Below, in pieces: positions 1 through 10,325 of a stretch of 33,948 nucleotides of DNA (its first letter is position 1; each line of letters starts with the position of its first letter). The stretch is taken from the IMG/VR virus record IMGVR_UViG_3300027021_000015, positions 1-33,948 of that record, one strand, 5' to 3'. The translations under genes were made by a program, and so were the position numbers. The notes under the pieces were generated by a model. The model saw nothing but the letters and a program-made list of their open reading frames with translations. It was not told the origin of the DNA and searched no databases. This DNA comes from a virus. Taxonomy: Duplodnaviria; Caudoviricetes.

Positions 1-312
1 TTATGCACCTCCGTTCATTAGTAGATAATTTAAAGCTTCTTGTGTCGTTGCAAGTTCTTCTTTTAATAGTTCAATTTCAGTTTTTGGTTGCGGTTTATTT
101 TTTATTGCATCAATTTCTTCTTGACTTGCACCTTCAACCCATTGATTATTTGTGAATTCCCACTTAGGTCTATAAAACCCATTTGGACAGTTTTCTTTGA
201 TATATAAAGGGTCTTCCACAAGTTCACCATCAATCTTCTCAACCATTGGTATTTCTTTTACGATTACGTCCTCGATGAAATAACCCTGTGTATCAATTTT
301 TAGTAGCTTCAT
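1..312 (-). CDS. Putative tail fibre assembly/chaperone-like protein
   Basis: 103 aa directly after the fibre gene; YRPKW...WVEGA motif and coiled-coil C-terminus typical of genes at this position. Confidence 0.55.
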   Translation of the reverse strand: MKLLKIDTQGYFIEDVIVKEIPMVEKIDGELVEDPLYIKENCPNGFYRPKWEFTNNQWVEGASQEEIDAIKNKPQPKTEIELLKEELATTQEALNYLLMNGGA

Positions 313-313
313 A

Positions 314-2431
314 TCACGCCTCCACTCTGAATGAGATTCCCTCTAAAGATAACCACACATCTGAACCAGATACAATCTTAACAGCTCCATTTGAGCTAAC
401 GTTAATCACCCCAGCTGTTGAATTTGTTGCAACAGCAAAATATAAATCAGTTTTTGGTCTAACAGGTAGTATTAATATCACAGTACCAGGAGTTGTAATG
501 CCTGATTTTATTAACCCAGTCATTTGAACAAAATTAAAATCATCTAATATATACCTAGCTTTTGATGTTGCTGAGAACTCGACCCATCCATTTACCAAGG
601 TAGGCTCTATCCAATCCTCCTGCACTTTATTAGCTTTAGCATCAATCTGCTTAGACTGATAATCTGCACTTTGTAGCAAGCTTGCGATTTGCGCACCTTG
701 GTTGGTTGGAATTTGCATGCTTACATTTTGTGCGTGGAAGGTATCTGAGTAGTTGTATAAAGTTCCTTTAGATCTTGCGATTAATTCCCCACTGACTAAC
801 CCTTGCTCGGTAAGGTTTATTGGTTGTGGGGTTGCTCGGTGGTACTGAATAACTATTCCTGCAAGGTCAGCTTGTGCTTCGATTATTGAGGCGTACTTGC
901 CCTTTGGCACTATAATTCGAAATGAATTGCCTATAGATGAAAAAAAGTGTCTCCATACAGATGTTGTTAGGTCTGCATCTAAATTATTCCTAGGAATACT
1001 TATCTCAGTTATAATTTTTGTTCCCAAATTATCACTTTCTCCATAACCAGCAATATTTGGCAAAAAATTATTAAAAGATACTAAATCAACATTTACAAGA
1101 GAAGTTATTAAAGATGTAACATCTGTTGACTGTAAAACATATTCCTCTATATTCTTGCTCTCCCATATCTGACCATTTCTTTCATAAATTCTGTCAGCGA
1201 CACCGTTAAATCCCCTAAAAGGAATGTTGACAGATAAGATGTTGTTATCAAAGTCTTCATAGCCAGTTGCAGACGTGCCTTCTTCTAATTGGACTTCAGT
1301 ATATTCCACAACGTGTGCACTCGCATCATTTCTTGCAAAACGAAAATCAATGTAGTCGGTATTCTCAGGCAAAGCAAAAGTTAGTGTTCCATATCCATCT
1401 TGTTGGAGCGTACCATTCGTATTACCAACTAACACACTATTTGAATCGAAAAAAACTAAATCTACTCTTCTATTGTTTCCACTTATAACTTTCTGAAATG
1501 CTTTAAACGTATACTGTTTACCTTGAGTAATTTTCAAGTCTGAAACCTTAGCTTGAAAAGAATCCCACAATTCGTCACTGTCGCATATAATTTTATCTGT
1601 TAATATTACAGACCCTTGACTTTTATCTATATTAGAATCAGCCGAAAAATTAAACTTGTTCTTCCCGATGATTTCAAATTTAGGTCTTATAAGAGACTGA
1701 ATACCGTCTATATGACCACTATGCACTAAGTCTAACATTTGAGCTTTTGTCAAAGATTCTAGCCCGAGCGAATTCATATTTATGGCATGAACTCCTACAT
1801 TCCCATCTATAGATACATGCGGTGCACTGGCAATAAAATTATTTTTCCTTATTGCAATTCTTCCTATACCACCAGAAGACACCGTTGCAATAAAAGCCAA
1901 TTCTCCATCACCATTTATCTCTATAGCAGGACTGATGTCTGTCGTAACTCCGTCACGGATATAAATATCGAAAGAAGCATTGGCAGATGAGTTTAATTTG
2001 CAACGTAAGAAAACTCTATCTCCAGTGTTGCAATTTATTGTTTTTTCTCCTTGAATTACAGAATTGCTTGTTGTAGTGTCGTATTCTAATACATTGTTTG
2101 AAGCTGTAATGTTTGTGACATCGCCAGCACTAACCCATCCTATATCTCCATTACTAAAATCACCATTCTTTTCGCTATTAACCAGCGTCAAACCATATGC
2201 GCTAAAGTCCTTAACGCTTCCTTTAACTGTGCCTAAAGGCATAGCCGATATTGATGCAGATGTTGTTAATGGAGTAGTGGTTGGAGATTCTATTTCTTTC
2301 AATCGTTCTTCGTGATCTTGGTATGCTGCGTCTATTTTTTGATTATCATTATTCCAGTCTTGTCTTTTTAATATGTCTGAACCAACAAAATCGTTCAGTT
2401 CCAAATGTTGTGTTTTATTTGTGCTTGGCAT
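314..2431 (-). CDS. Tail fibre / receptor-binding protein
   Basis: 705 aa after baseplate genes; N-terminus MPSTNKTQHLELNDF...DWNNDNQKID typical of clostridial fibre anchors; beta-rich middle; C-terminal WIEPTLVNGW...LSLEGISF tip domain. Confidence 0.85.
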   Translation of the reverse strand: MPSTNKTQHLELNDFVGSDILKRQDWNNDNQKIDAAYQDHEERLKEIESPTTTPLTTSASISAMPLGTVKGSVKDFSAYGLTLVNSEKNGDFSNGDIGWVSAGDVTNITASNNVLEYDTTTSNSVIQGEKTINCNTGDRVFLRCKLNSSANASFDIYIRDGVTTDISPAIEINGDGELAFIATVSSGGIGRIAIRKNNFIASAPHVSIDGNVGVHAINMNSLGLESLTKAQMLDLVHSGHIDGIQSLIRPKFEIIGKNKFNFSADSNIDKSQGSVILTDKIICDSDELWDSFQAKVSDLKITQGKQYTFKAFQKVISGNNRRVDLVFFDSNSVLVGNTNGTLQQDGYGTLTFALPENTDYIDFRFARNDASAHVVEYTEVQLEEGTSATGYEDFDNNILSVNIPFRGFNGVADRIYERNGQIWESKNIEEYVLQSTDVTSLITSLVNVDLVSFNNFLPNIAGYGESDNLGTKIITEISIPRNNLDADLTTSVWRHFFSSIGNSFRIIVPKGKYASIIEAQADLAGIVIQYHRATPQPINLTEQGLVSGELIARSKGTLYNYSDTFHAQNVSMQIPTNQGAQIASLLQSADYQSKQIDAKANKVQEDWIEPTLVNGWVEFSATSKARYILDDFNFVQMTGLIKSGITTPGTVILILPVRPKTDLYFAVATNSTAGVINVSSNGAVKIVSGSDVWLSLEGISFRVEA

Positions 2432-2444
2432 TATATCACCCTTT

Positions 2445-2993
2445 CTATATTGGCTTAATGACCGTTATTTCTAATTCATCCCATGATAAATCAAGGCCGT
2501 CAAATTCATCCCAGTTTATATCCCAACTATCCCACATGGACCACGCCAACCATTTGAATATGTAGTTTATGGCCAAGTGAGCCGGCTTTACTTCTTCAAT
2601 TCTTTCTTCTAGGCTATTTAAATCCGAAGGTATTCCCCCTATATCAATAAATTCTAACTGTATTTTCCCATCGACAAAGTCTACATTTACACTACCGTTA
2701 TTCCACGAATCGCAAATCCTTTTGATTAATTCTTCACTGGCTTTTCCTGTAGAACGCATTTTTGATTTTATAGATGATATTTTTTCTGCATCGGTCATTG
2801 TCGATGTAAAATTAAGTTGTAATTCTTTTTGCCATAGCTCAATTCCCCAAGTCATTGTGTCGAAGAATAAGTTTTCTTGGATGCTTTCTAAAAGAGCTTT
2901 TACCGCTTCTTTTTCTAATTCTGACACCCTTGATATTTCATTGATGAATTCATCTTTTTTAAAGATTATGTTTAACCTTTCAATCATGCTCAT
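2445..2993 (-). CDS. Baseplate protein, XkdU/YmfQ (DUF2313)-like
   Basis: TWGIELWQKEL and IEEVKPAHLAINY motifs; follows baseplate J. Confidence 0.85.
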   Translation of the reverse strand: MSMIERLNIIFKKDEFINEISRVSELEKEAVKALLESIQENLFFDTMTWGIELWQKELQLNFTSTMTDAEKISSIKSKMRSTGKASEELIKRICDSWNNGSVNVDFVDGKIQLEFIDIGGIPSDLNSLEERIEEVKPAHLAINYIFKWLAWSMWDSWDINWDEFDGLDLSWDELEITVIKPI

Positions 2994-4060
2994 GTTATCA
3001 CCACGCTATTCAATACAGCCACTTCATGGTTTCCGATTGGAATGTTGGATGCTACTAAGCTATTTAGGGTTAAATTTTGATAATCTAACACGCCTTCAAC
3101 CTCTAATATTTTCGCTCCAATCATGGCATAGGACACATAATTTTTTTGAAATGCAATCTCTTTTAAATGCTCTGATATTTTCGTTTCTATTTCAGGTTGT
3201 ACATCGATTAACTCAATGCCTTCCATCAAGTCAACATCAACATTAATGTCTATGTTTACCGCTGTCGCTGGGGTCACTGTGCAATATGCGCCGATAGGCG
3301 CTTGTCCATATCCTGCTCCTTGATTTTCTAATGGATCTATATATGTTTGTACTGCGTTTACAACATCACTGGATGCTGGTTGCATATTGCTATCAATCAC
3401 AACAACTTCAACAGTGTTGGGACCGTTCCATAAAGGAAAAACTCTTGACCTGCCTACGCCTGTTACTTGACTCGCCCACAACTGATAATGATATATATTG
3501 CCACTCGTTGCAGGTGTTCTTAAGAATATGTAATATCTTTCCCTTAGTGCTTCGTCGCTTTCCGCTTCAAACCCATCATGTGAAGGCTCTGAATTTGTGA
3601 TTGTTTCAACTCCTGTAATGGTTACTGGCATTTGTGTGATGCTTTCCGCTCCAACCATGCCTAATATGCCATATTCTGAACATTCAGCTATGATTGTTCC
3701 AGACGCCATTATAACTTTCGCTTCTGTTGATGTGAAAATAATGTTATTTGATGTTGAGAACATGTCTCCAACTGTTATTGTGGCATTTCCTGTAATGGTT
3801 AACTCTACCTTTGCTTTTGTTGCAGTCTTCCTTGTGATTCCCGTTCTATCACGAACAACCGCTTCGAGTTCTTCCCCTTCCAGGTTATCCACGTTAAACA
3901 TTTTGACAATATTATTTGCTAGTTGATGAATTTCACTTAATTCTATCGATTCGGATTTAATGATGCTGCGTGTTAAAAAGCCATCGGATTTTTCATATTT
4001 CTTTGACATTTCGTTTAGCATATCCGCTTCTATCTGATCCGCGGTTTTAATTTCAATCAT
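2990..4060 (-). CDS. Baseplate J/gp47 family protein (XkdT-like)
   Basis: GFEAESDEALRER, SGNIYHYQLWA, VFPLWNGPNTVEV and APIGA motifs. Confidence 0.93.
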   Translation of the reverse strand: MIEIKTADQIEADMLNEMSKKYEKSDGFLTRSIIKSESIELSEIHQLANNIVKMFNVDNLEGEELEAVVRDRTGITRKTATKAKVELTITGNATITVGDMFSTSNNIIFTSTEAKVIMASGTIIAECSEYGILGMVGAESITQMPVTITGVETITNSEPSHDGFEAESDEALRERYYIFLRTPATSGNIYHYQLWASQVTGVGRSRVFPLWNGPNTVEVVVIDSNMQPASSDVVNAVQTYIDPLENQGAGYGQAPIGAYCTVTPATAVNIDINVDVDLMEGIELIDVQPEIETKISEHLKEIAFQKNYVSYAMIGAKILEVEGVLDYQNLTLNSLVASNIPIGNHEVAVLNSVVIT

Positions 4061-4494
4061 GTTTTAATCACCTCACTTATATTTAATTCTCCATCGTTTA
4101 ATACTACTCTGAAACTAACTTTTAACCCCATGTGTAGCCGTTCCGTTTCAAAACTCGATAAGCGTTCAAATACGGATAAATTACTGAGTTGCTCCCTCAA
4201 TTCTCTTTCTATTTCCGCAGCAATGACTTGTATTGGTATTGCGCTATTTCCAAGGTAATTATGATAAGTATTTCCAAATTCCCCATAGACTTCATATAGG
4301 CCTTTAGGCGTTCTTAAATGTAACTGAATGAACATCTTTACCTTTTCTTCTATTGTTTCACACATGACCACTTTTCCATTTTCTGTTACGACGGATGCTT
4401 GACCTCTTGAATCAAAAAAAAGCTTTGGAACCTCTCCAAGCTCTGTCAATGTTTCAGTTTCAATTGTTGTTGGTGCTATGTTGGGAAAAAGCAT
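4057..4494 (-). CDS. Baseplate wedge protein, XkdS/DUF2634 (gp25-like)
   Basis: 145 aa just upstream of baseplate J; LRTPKGLYEVY..FG and AEIERELREQL motifs. Confidence 0.75.
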   Translation of the reverse strand: MLFPNIAPTTIETETLTELGEVPKLFFDSRGQASVVTENGKVVMCETIEEKVKMFIQLHLRTPKGLYEVYGEFGNTYHNYLGNSAIPIQVIAAEIERELREQLSNLSVFERLSSFETERLHMGLKVSFRVVLNDGELNISEVIKT

Positions 4495-4736
4495 TATTCC
4501 ACCTCACTTATGATGTACCACTTATTTCCACGCTGGTCCGGCATAACTAACACGCTATCTCCGACTTGAAGTGATAAGCCTTTTGTTTTAGTCATCATGT
4601 CTGGATATATGATGACCTTGCCTTCAAAAATCGATATTTGGAGTGGTAACTCTTTTATAACTTTTCCGATTGTTGGCATAAATGGTTCAGGGTTTTCATA
4701 GTCCTTCATTATTTTTCCGAGTTTTTCGGTGTACAT
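4494..4736 (-). CDS. Baseplate spike-associated protein, XkdR/DUF2577-like
   Basis: IGKVIKELPLQI and LQVGDSVLVMP motifs; synteny. Confidence 0.75.
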   Translation of the reverse strand: MYTEKLGKIMKDYENPEPFMPTIGKVIKELPLQISIFEGKVIIYPDMMTKTKGLSLQVGDSVLVMPDQRGNKWYIISEVE

Positions 4737-5686
4737 TAAACCACCACCTTATCTAGATTTAAAGACATCTTATGCGTCCCACTTTCAACTGTGTGGGTGC
4801 ATTGTTTTATAAAATAATATCCATTGAATTCATAATCCTGATTATAGATTTCTAGTATTCTACCTGATCTAATGCTAGAATCTCCAAGCATGGTTATACT
4901 AATATCCTCCTCAATTATATTAAGTTCTGCTAATGTGTTTTTTAAGACTGTTTTTGCATCTCCATCGGTGCTGATTACAGTTTGAAGCCTTCCATATTTT
5001 GATATACTTGCTTGATCCGATGTCTCGGCTAATATTTTTCCATTTTCGTCTGTAACTGTGACAACGTTTTTCATGTTTTCTATTGTTTGTTTTTTCGTTA
5101 CACCTTCAAGTTCTTTTGTCGCATCGAACGGCGCCAAATTACTTGCAGGTTTATATACCGCTTTAACGATTAGATTTGTATAGGGTTCTATATAAAGTTT
5201 GTTTTGACGCATTTCTAAACGATATGCGATTCCTGTTTGCTCTCTTGCTGTTTTAATAATATCAGCGATAATGGCTGCAATCGTTTTATCTTTATAGATT
5301 TTTGAAATAAATACACGGATTGTCGGTATAAACCCAATCATGACGCCAAATTCATTGCAAAGGCTTTTTATGGCTTCGTCAGCTCTGGCTTTATACAGCT
5401 GTTTAATAACCATTGATTGATTTAGATAAAATGCGAAATCATAACCTTTAATTCCTCTCGAGTTTTCATTTAGGCTCACTTCTGTTGTGATTGAATCCGT
5501 AATCACATTTTGACCGTCAATAATCGATATGATATCACCGACTTCTCCAAGCTTTGGCATATATCTATCGTTCGGGTTCTTAGCTATGTCTACGCTTGTC
5601 ATAATGCCTAAAGTGTCCACGCTATCTTGCCAAGATATGTTTCCTGTATAATTCGTTATGTCTTTTCCATTTAATTTAATGACCAT
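4736..5686 (-). CDS. Baseplate hub protein, XkdQ/YqbQ-like
   Basis: 316 aa; SISKYGRLQ and GDSSIRSG...YYFIKQCTHT...HKMSLNL motifs. Confidence 0.85.
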   Translation of the reverse strand: MVIKLNGKDITNYTGNISWQDSVDTLGIMTSVDIAKNPNDRYMPKLGEVGDIISIIDGQNVITDSITTEVSLNENSRGIKGYDFAFYLNQSMVIKQLYKARADEAIKSLCNEFGVMIGFIPTIRVFISKIYKDKTIAAIIADIIKTAREQTGIAYRLEMRQNKLYIEPYTNLIVKAVYKPASNLAPFDATKELEGVTKKQTIENMKNVVTVTDENGKILAETSDQASISKYGRLQTVISTDGDAKTVLKNTLAELNIIEEDISITMLGDSSIRSGRILEIYNQDYEFNGYYFIKQCTHTVESGTHKMSLNLDKVVV

Positions 5687-6094
5687 TTAACCACCAAACC
5701 TATATTCTCGGATCATCATCGTGTATCCTATATCCCTGTTCCTTTTTACTTTGAAATTAAAATCATCAATAGTGCATGGCATATTTAAAATTTGTCTGTC
5801 ATCGTCTACTATGAAGCACCTAAAAGGTATTTGCGCCTTTCTGTAACGTTCAAAGAACTCTACATATTCCCACGCATTATAACTTGCGGATTCCGATAAC
5901 CATGGATATTTTTGATTTGGGAAAAATCCATCTAACGAAAATGACCTTAACCCCATTTTCCCAATAAGGTTAAGATCACCGTTAACTCCGTTAAATGTAC
6001 TGTTGTTTTGAGGACTATTTATGTCTATTTCCGTGGGTGGTATTGGTATTTTAATGGAATCTTGGCCATTATTTACACTAAATATAATCTGCAT
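5687..6094 (-). CDS. Tail tube initiator, XkdP-like (no LysM domain evident)
   Basis: IPIPPTEI, GLRSFSLDGFFP and NMPCTIDDF motifs; directly after tape measure. Confidence 0.75.
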   Translation of the reverse strand: MQIIFSVNNGQDSIKIPIPPTEIDINSPQNNSTFNGVNGDLNLIGKMGLRSFSLDGFFPNQKYPWLSESASYNAWEYVEFFERYRKAQIPFRCFIVDDDRQILNMPCTIDDFNFKVKRNRDIGYTMMIREYRFGG

Positions 6095-6098
6095 CTAA

Positions 6099-8186
6099 TC
6101 ACCCCATGTTCGGCACCGTTTCGTTATGCGCTTCCACGAACGCTTGTGCCACTTTTTCTTTAAAATCATTAAATCCATATATGTCTCCATATATGTTAAT
6201 TTCTGTTTTTGATTCTTTACCAATCATTTTATTAGCCATATCTAATAAAGACTTGGACCGTTGACTTCCATCTAGCGGTATAGCCATTTCCCTTCCTGCT
6301 TCTCCAAAGATCGATGGACTATTGGCAATCCCTCCGTATTTAAATTCCGGGAGTTCCGGCAGTAATGGAATGTTTAATCCTAATGTTTCTCCGCCAATCT
6401 CTGGAACCCAATCAGGCACCTTAAATGACATCCCATTTACTTTTTCGATGACAAAATTTACACCTTTTCTTATTAATTTAATCGGAGTTAACACATAGTT
6501 TGCTAGGCCTTTAAATATTCCTGCAAATACGTCTTTGATTCCTCCCCAAGCTTTTTCCCAATCTCCCGTGAATACCCCAACTACAAAATCAAGTATTCCT
6601 TGTAGCACTAGCTTGACCGCCTCTATTTGATTGCCTATAAACTCGGCTATTAGCGGGAACTTTCCTGCAAACTTTTCCCATAGAGCATTATAGGCTTCAT
6701 CCGCTTTGGTTGTTATGTTGGTGAAGAACTCTGTAAATTTATTCCACAGTCCTCCTAAAGTTTCTTTAATCGTGTCCCAATTTTTTACAAGCAATATGCC
6801 TATAGCAATTATTGCAGCAATTGCAGCTATGACCAAACCTATTGGATTGGCATTCATCGCTGTATTTAAAGCCCATTGCGCGATTGTTTGGGTTTGGGTT
6901 ATCGCTTTGTATGCTGTCATTGCAACAGTAATCCCTTTATAAACTTTAGCTCCAACCATTGCTGCTTTATACGCAACCATAGCTCCAACTGCAGTCATTA
7001 TTAATGGCGCTATTGTTCCCCAATTGTTTGAAACAAAGTCGATTGTAGCTTTTAATCCGTCTTTTACTTCCTTAACGACAATCTTTAATTCTTCAAACAC
7101 CGCTTTTGATACTTCGACTGCTTTTTTTATTCCTTCTCGAATCTTATCGATGGTTCCGTCTGCTTGCCATTCTTGGAATTTTGCTCTAGTCGTTTGAATC
7201 ATATTGGTAATTAGATTTCTAGCGAATGCAATTGCATTACTAGCTTTTTCCATCGCCGATTCTACTTTAACTTGAATTTTATCTATAGTCCCATCTTGTT
7301 GCCACTTTTGAAGTGTTTCAGCTACTGCGCTGATTTTAGATTTTACTTTTTCATACAATGATCCCTGGCGAATTGTTCCGTCTTCCTGCATCCCAACAAT
7401 TTTAGCCAAAGAAGATTTTGTGACGCCTGTGATTGTTGACCAAAGCCCTTTGCCTGTTTTGGCTAATTTTTCCGCGCCGCCTTTATACTTCTCTTGCATG
7501 AGCTCTTGAACAACTTCCATAGCTTTTACTTCGTCAAGCATCTGACCTTTTTTATTAAATACAACATCTTTCCCGTACTTCTCTGCAGCTTTGGCTACAA
7601 TTTGCTCTTTGCGTATGCCAAATTCTTTTAGCCGTTCCCATTCCCCCATGGTAGCATCGGCCATAGCTTCTGTAGCTTGTAATATGTCTTTATTGGTTGC
7701 TCCTGCCATATCCGCAATATCAGCAAGCCATCGCTCACTACTTAATCCATACATTTCCATGACAGATGTCGCTTCAACAACTTGTCCTGTCTCAAACGGC
7801 GTCTTGTTTGCGAACTTAATGGCATTAGCCATAAGCTTTCCAGCTTTTTGGGTGTCCTTAACTGCTGTTTCAAGCTGCGTTTTGTAACCTTCCATATCAA
7901 GAGCTTCTCCGAGTCCAGCTTTTCCTGCCAAGGCTCCTGCTCCTATTCCCACGCCTATTCCAATTTTTGCGGCTCCAAATCCTAGCTTTGCAACCTTCTT
8001 GCTGACATCCGTGGCACTTTTAACTACTAATTTGAAGTTATCCTTTGCAGATTGCCCCATCTTTTTCATGTCGTTTCTTGCTTTTTTTATTGTTCTTTGC
8101 AAGCTTTTAGTACTATTTGACGCCTTCTTTGCCGGACCTGTGAATTGGTCCTTCATTTTTAGGACGGTACCTATCGTTCTCGCCAT
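6099..8186 (-). CDS. Tail tape measure protein
   Basis: 695 aa helical protein; FANKTPFE motif, ANPIGLVIAAIAA hydrophobic segment, Trp/Phe periodic repeats. Confidence 0.93.
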   Translation of the reverse strand: MARTIGTVLKMKDQFTGPAKKASNSTKSLQRTIKKARNDMKKMGQSAKDNFKLVVKSATDVSKKVAKLGFGAAKIGIGVGIGAGALAGKAGLGEALDMEGYKTQLETAVKDTQKAGKLMANAIKFANKTPFETGQVVEATSVMEMYGLSSERWLADIADMAGATNKDILQATEAMADATMGEWERLKEFGIRKEQIVAKAAEKYGKDVVFNKKGQMLDEVKAMEVVQELMQEKYKGGAEKLAKTGKGLWSTITGVTKSSLAKIVGMQEDGTIRQGSLYEKVKSKISAVAETLQKWQQDGTIDKIQVKVESAMEKASNAIAFARNLITNMIQTTRAKFQEWQADGTIDKIREGIKKAVEVSKAVFEELKIVVKEVKDGLKATIDFVSNNWGTIAPLIMTAVGAMVAYKAAMVGAKVYKGITVAMTAYKAITQTQTIAQWALNTAMNANPIGLVIAAIAAIIAIGILLVKNWDTIKETLGGLWNKFTEFFTNITTKADEAYNALWEKFAGKFPLIAEFIGNQIEAVKLVLQGILDFVVGVFTGDWEKAWGGIKDVFAGIFKGLANYVLTPIKLIRKGVNFVIEKVNGMSFKVPDWVPEIGGETLGLNIPLLPELPEFKYGGIANSPSIFGEAGREMAIPLDGSQRSKSLLDMANKMIGKESKTEINIYGDIYGFNDFKEKVAQAFVEAHNETVPNMG

Positions 8187-8190
8187 ATCA

Positions 8191-8759
8191 TCACTTCCTA
8201 AACATCGCTTTTATTTTTTGGCCATCGTATTCCACTCTGTCTTCCATATCTTGGTTCATAAAAGCTATTGCGACGGATTTTTCTAAATAATTCAAATTAC
8301 ATAAATATTCAAAAGTGTGCCCTCTTGCAAAGTAATAGCGAATAAGTTCTAGCTCTCCATCACCTTGCTTTAGGAGTTTTTTACCGTTTCATCAATCTTA
8401 TCAAGACCATACAGACTGTTGGCCACTTCGATGATCTTTGTCATTTCATTGAGATCATCTTCAAGTACTGCGCTTGGAAGTTGAGAAGCTTCTCCAACTC
8501 CATACAGTTCCATGGCTTCTTTGGCATTTTCTTTGAACATAGGACACATTTCATAAATTAATGTATTCATACCTTCAACGCTCTCATCATCTTCAATGTC
8601 TGATAATTTTAGAAATCTTTGCAATGGAATTTTTCGAACTTCAATTTTCATCCCAAGCTTTTCGCTTTCAAAGTATTTTACGTTTAATTTATCCATATCG
8701 CCTTGCTTCTTTTTTGCGATAATATCTGCTAATGTTGCTTTCTTCATTTCTTTTTTCAT
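8191..8759 (-). CDS. Frameshifted tail assembly chaperone (G-T type extension, about 189 aa)
   Basis: A-AAA-AAC slippery site at 8376-8382; the -1 frame is open for 61 more codons (LLKQGDGELELIRYYFARGH...AMFRK) to TGA at 8191-8193. Confidence 0.75.
8370..8759 (-). CDS. Tail assembly chaperone, XkdN-like
   Basis: 129 aa acidic protein between tube and tape measure, ending VKNS; AGGAGG RBS. Confidence 0.85.
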   Translation of the reverse strand: MKKEMKKATLADIIAKKKQGDMDKLNVKYFESEKLGMKIEVRKIPLQRFLKLSDIEDDESVEGMNTLIYEMCPMFKENAKEAMELYGVGEASQLPSAVLEDDLNEMTKIIEVANSLYGLDKIDETVKNS

Positions 8760-8770
8760 ATAAGCCTCCT

Positions 8771-8792
8771 AAAAAAGCCCCTCTTCGGGGCT
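8771..8792 (-). terminator. Intrinsic terminator after tail tube gene
   Basis: Minus strand AGCCCC-GAAGA-GGGGCT followed by a T run, abutting the next RBS. Confidence 0.75.
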
Positions 8793-8797
8793 CTTAA

Positions 8798-9223
8798 TTA
8801 TATTTCTTCAAAATCTCTGAATTTACCACTGAGTTCAAGCTCTGTTGTAGAGCTATCTTGTTCAAACTTTTGGATTTCTGCTGAATCGAATGTAACGCCA
8901 TCATATCTGTAACGATTTGCTTCTTTCCCGTCGTTTCGCTCCATTTTCCCAACTACTGAGATATCAGGAACACGATTTTCCTTTGCAGCGCTGATAATTT
9001 CTCTAATGATCGCTTGTTCTGTTCCATCTCTTCTGATTGTCAGCGATATTTCTCCTGTGAATCCATTAGGTACTTGAACCACGCCAAAGCCCTCGGGGTC
9101 CGGGATTTCTTCAAAGTTATTATTGATTGTTGCCGTCATGTTGGTTACATTGGTATATCTTTCATCGTTGATCCACGCTTTTCCGCGTCGACCATGAAAT
9201 TGAATATTTCCATATTGTTCCAT
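8798..9223 (-). CDS. Tail tube protein, XkdM-like
   Basis: 141 aa after sheath; HGRRGKAWIND and YDGVTFD...F.DFE motifs. Confidence 0.88.
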   Translation of the reverse strand: MEQYGNIQFHGRRGKAWINDERYTNVTNMTATINNNFEEIPDPEGFGVVQVPNGFTGEISLTIRRDGTEQAIIREIISAAKENRVPDISVVGKMERNDGKEANRYRYDGVTFDSAEIQKFEQDSSTTELELSGKFRDFEEI

Positions 9224-9235
9224 GGGTCACCCTCC

Positions 9236-10321
9236 TTAAATCGTAATTTCAAGCATTAAATCTTCCATGGCTTGCAAAACTTTTACTTGCGCTGCTAAGA
9301 AGACATCTGACATGTAAGTATGCGCCTTAGCCTCTTCTTCCGACCATGCGTTTACAACCTCTGAACCATATTTGGATACATTTGCTTCGCGTTGTTTTTC
9401 GATGTCTACATAAGCTTTATTGTCGAAGTTTCTGTCCAACAGATTCTCAATAGCCAGTACTTTGAAATAAGATGTTAATGCGGAAATAAAAAGCGCTTGA
9501 TTATCTGCGCTATTTTGATATTTGCCTTTGTAGTTTTCGTTCCAGGTGTCATAGATGTCGACAAACATTAGGTCAAGAATTTCAACTACTTGAATAAACT
9601 TTTGCGACTCAATGATTCCTTCTGATATTGTGGTTAGGCTATTAACCCCACGACCGACTTTTACACCGGCATCATTAATTAATACAAGTTCTCCATTTTC
9701 TATGGCTGCATCTACGTCTGCAGGTTCTGTAACTTTTTTGAATTTAGTCAGTTTTTTAGCGATTGCACTCATTGTCAGTGGCATACCTGCAAGCATTCCT
9801 AGTAAATAAGGAATAGCTTTGTCTCCGGTTTGAATCCCTCTTGAATCTGTGAATTCCACTTCTGTATTTGTATAATTGACTACGTGCATACTGTCTGCTT
9901 GATTGTTGTATGCTAAGAGTTTATAGCGTTTCTTTTCATTTTTTACTGCCGATTTAACATAAGTGGCTAGGTCTGTTGTTTCTGCTTCGCTTGCATCTGC
10001 CATAGCAATCCAGCAATTGCGAGGCGCCTCTATTTCAAGCGTTGGTAAGATATCGGTTACCGTCTGAACGCCTGTGATTGTAAATACTAGAAGTTCTTTA
10101 GGAATACCTTCTAGAACATCTTTAATGTATTGAACATTTGCAGAATCAAACTTTGCTTGTTCTTCTGTGTCAAAGTCTACTATCGATTCATATTTATGAA
10201 ATCCTTCGATATCTGTTGCGTCAGCTAGGATTAAGCACGCTGTGCCTTTGCTTCCCCTTTGTACTGCGGACGCTCCTAAGCCTTTAAATATAATATTGAT
10301 TTTCGGTAATGTAATAGGCAT
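9236..10321 (-). CDS. Tail sheath protein, XkdK-like
   Basis: LPKINIIFK...AVQRGSKG, RGVNSLTT, YKGKYQNS and AMEDL motifs. Confidence 0.93.
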   Translation of the reverse strand: MPITLPKINIIFKGLGASAVQRGSKGTACLILADATDIEGFHKYESIVDFDTEEQAKFDSANVQYIKDVLEGIPKELLVFTITGVQTVTDILPTLEIEAPRNCWIAMADASEAETTDLATYVKSAVKNEKKRYKLLAYNNQADSMHVVNYTNTEVEFTDSRGIQTGDKAIPYLLGMLAGMPLTMSAIAKKLTKFKKVTEPADVDAAIENGELVLINDAGVKVGRGVNSLTTISEGIIESQKFIQVVEILDLMFVDIYDTWNENYKGKYQNSADNQALFISALTSYFKVLAIENLLDRNFDNKAYVDIEKQREANVSKYGSEVVNAWSEEEAKAHTYMSDVFLAAQVKVLQAMEDLMLEITI

Positions 10322-10325
10322 TTTA

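Noticed and set aside
7140-7310. Repeat WQxDGTIDKI in tape measure
   Set aside because: Internal repeats are ordinary in tape measure proteins
2445-10321. Stand-alone tailocin or PBSX-like defective particle
   Set aside because: Intact-looking head, packaging, integrase and immunity genes are present
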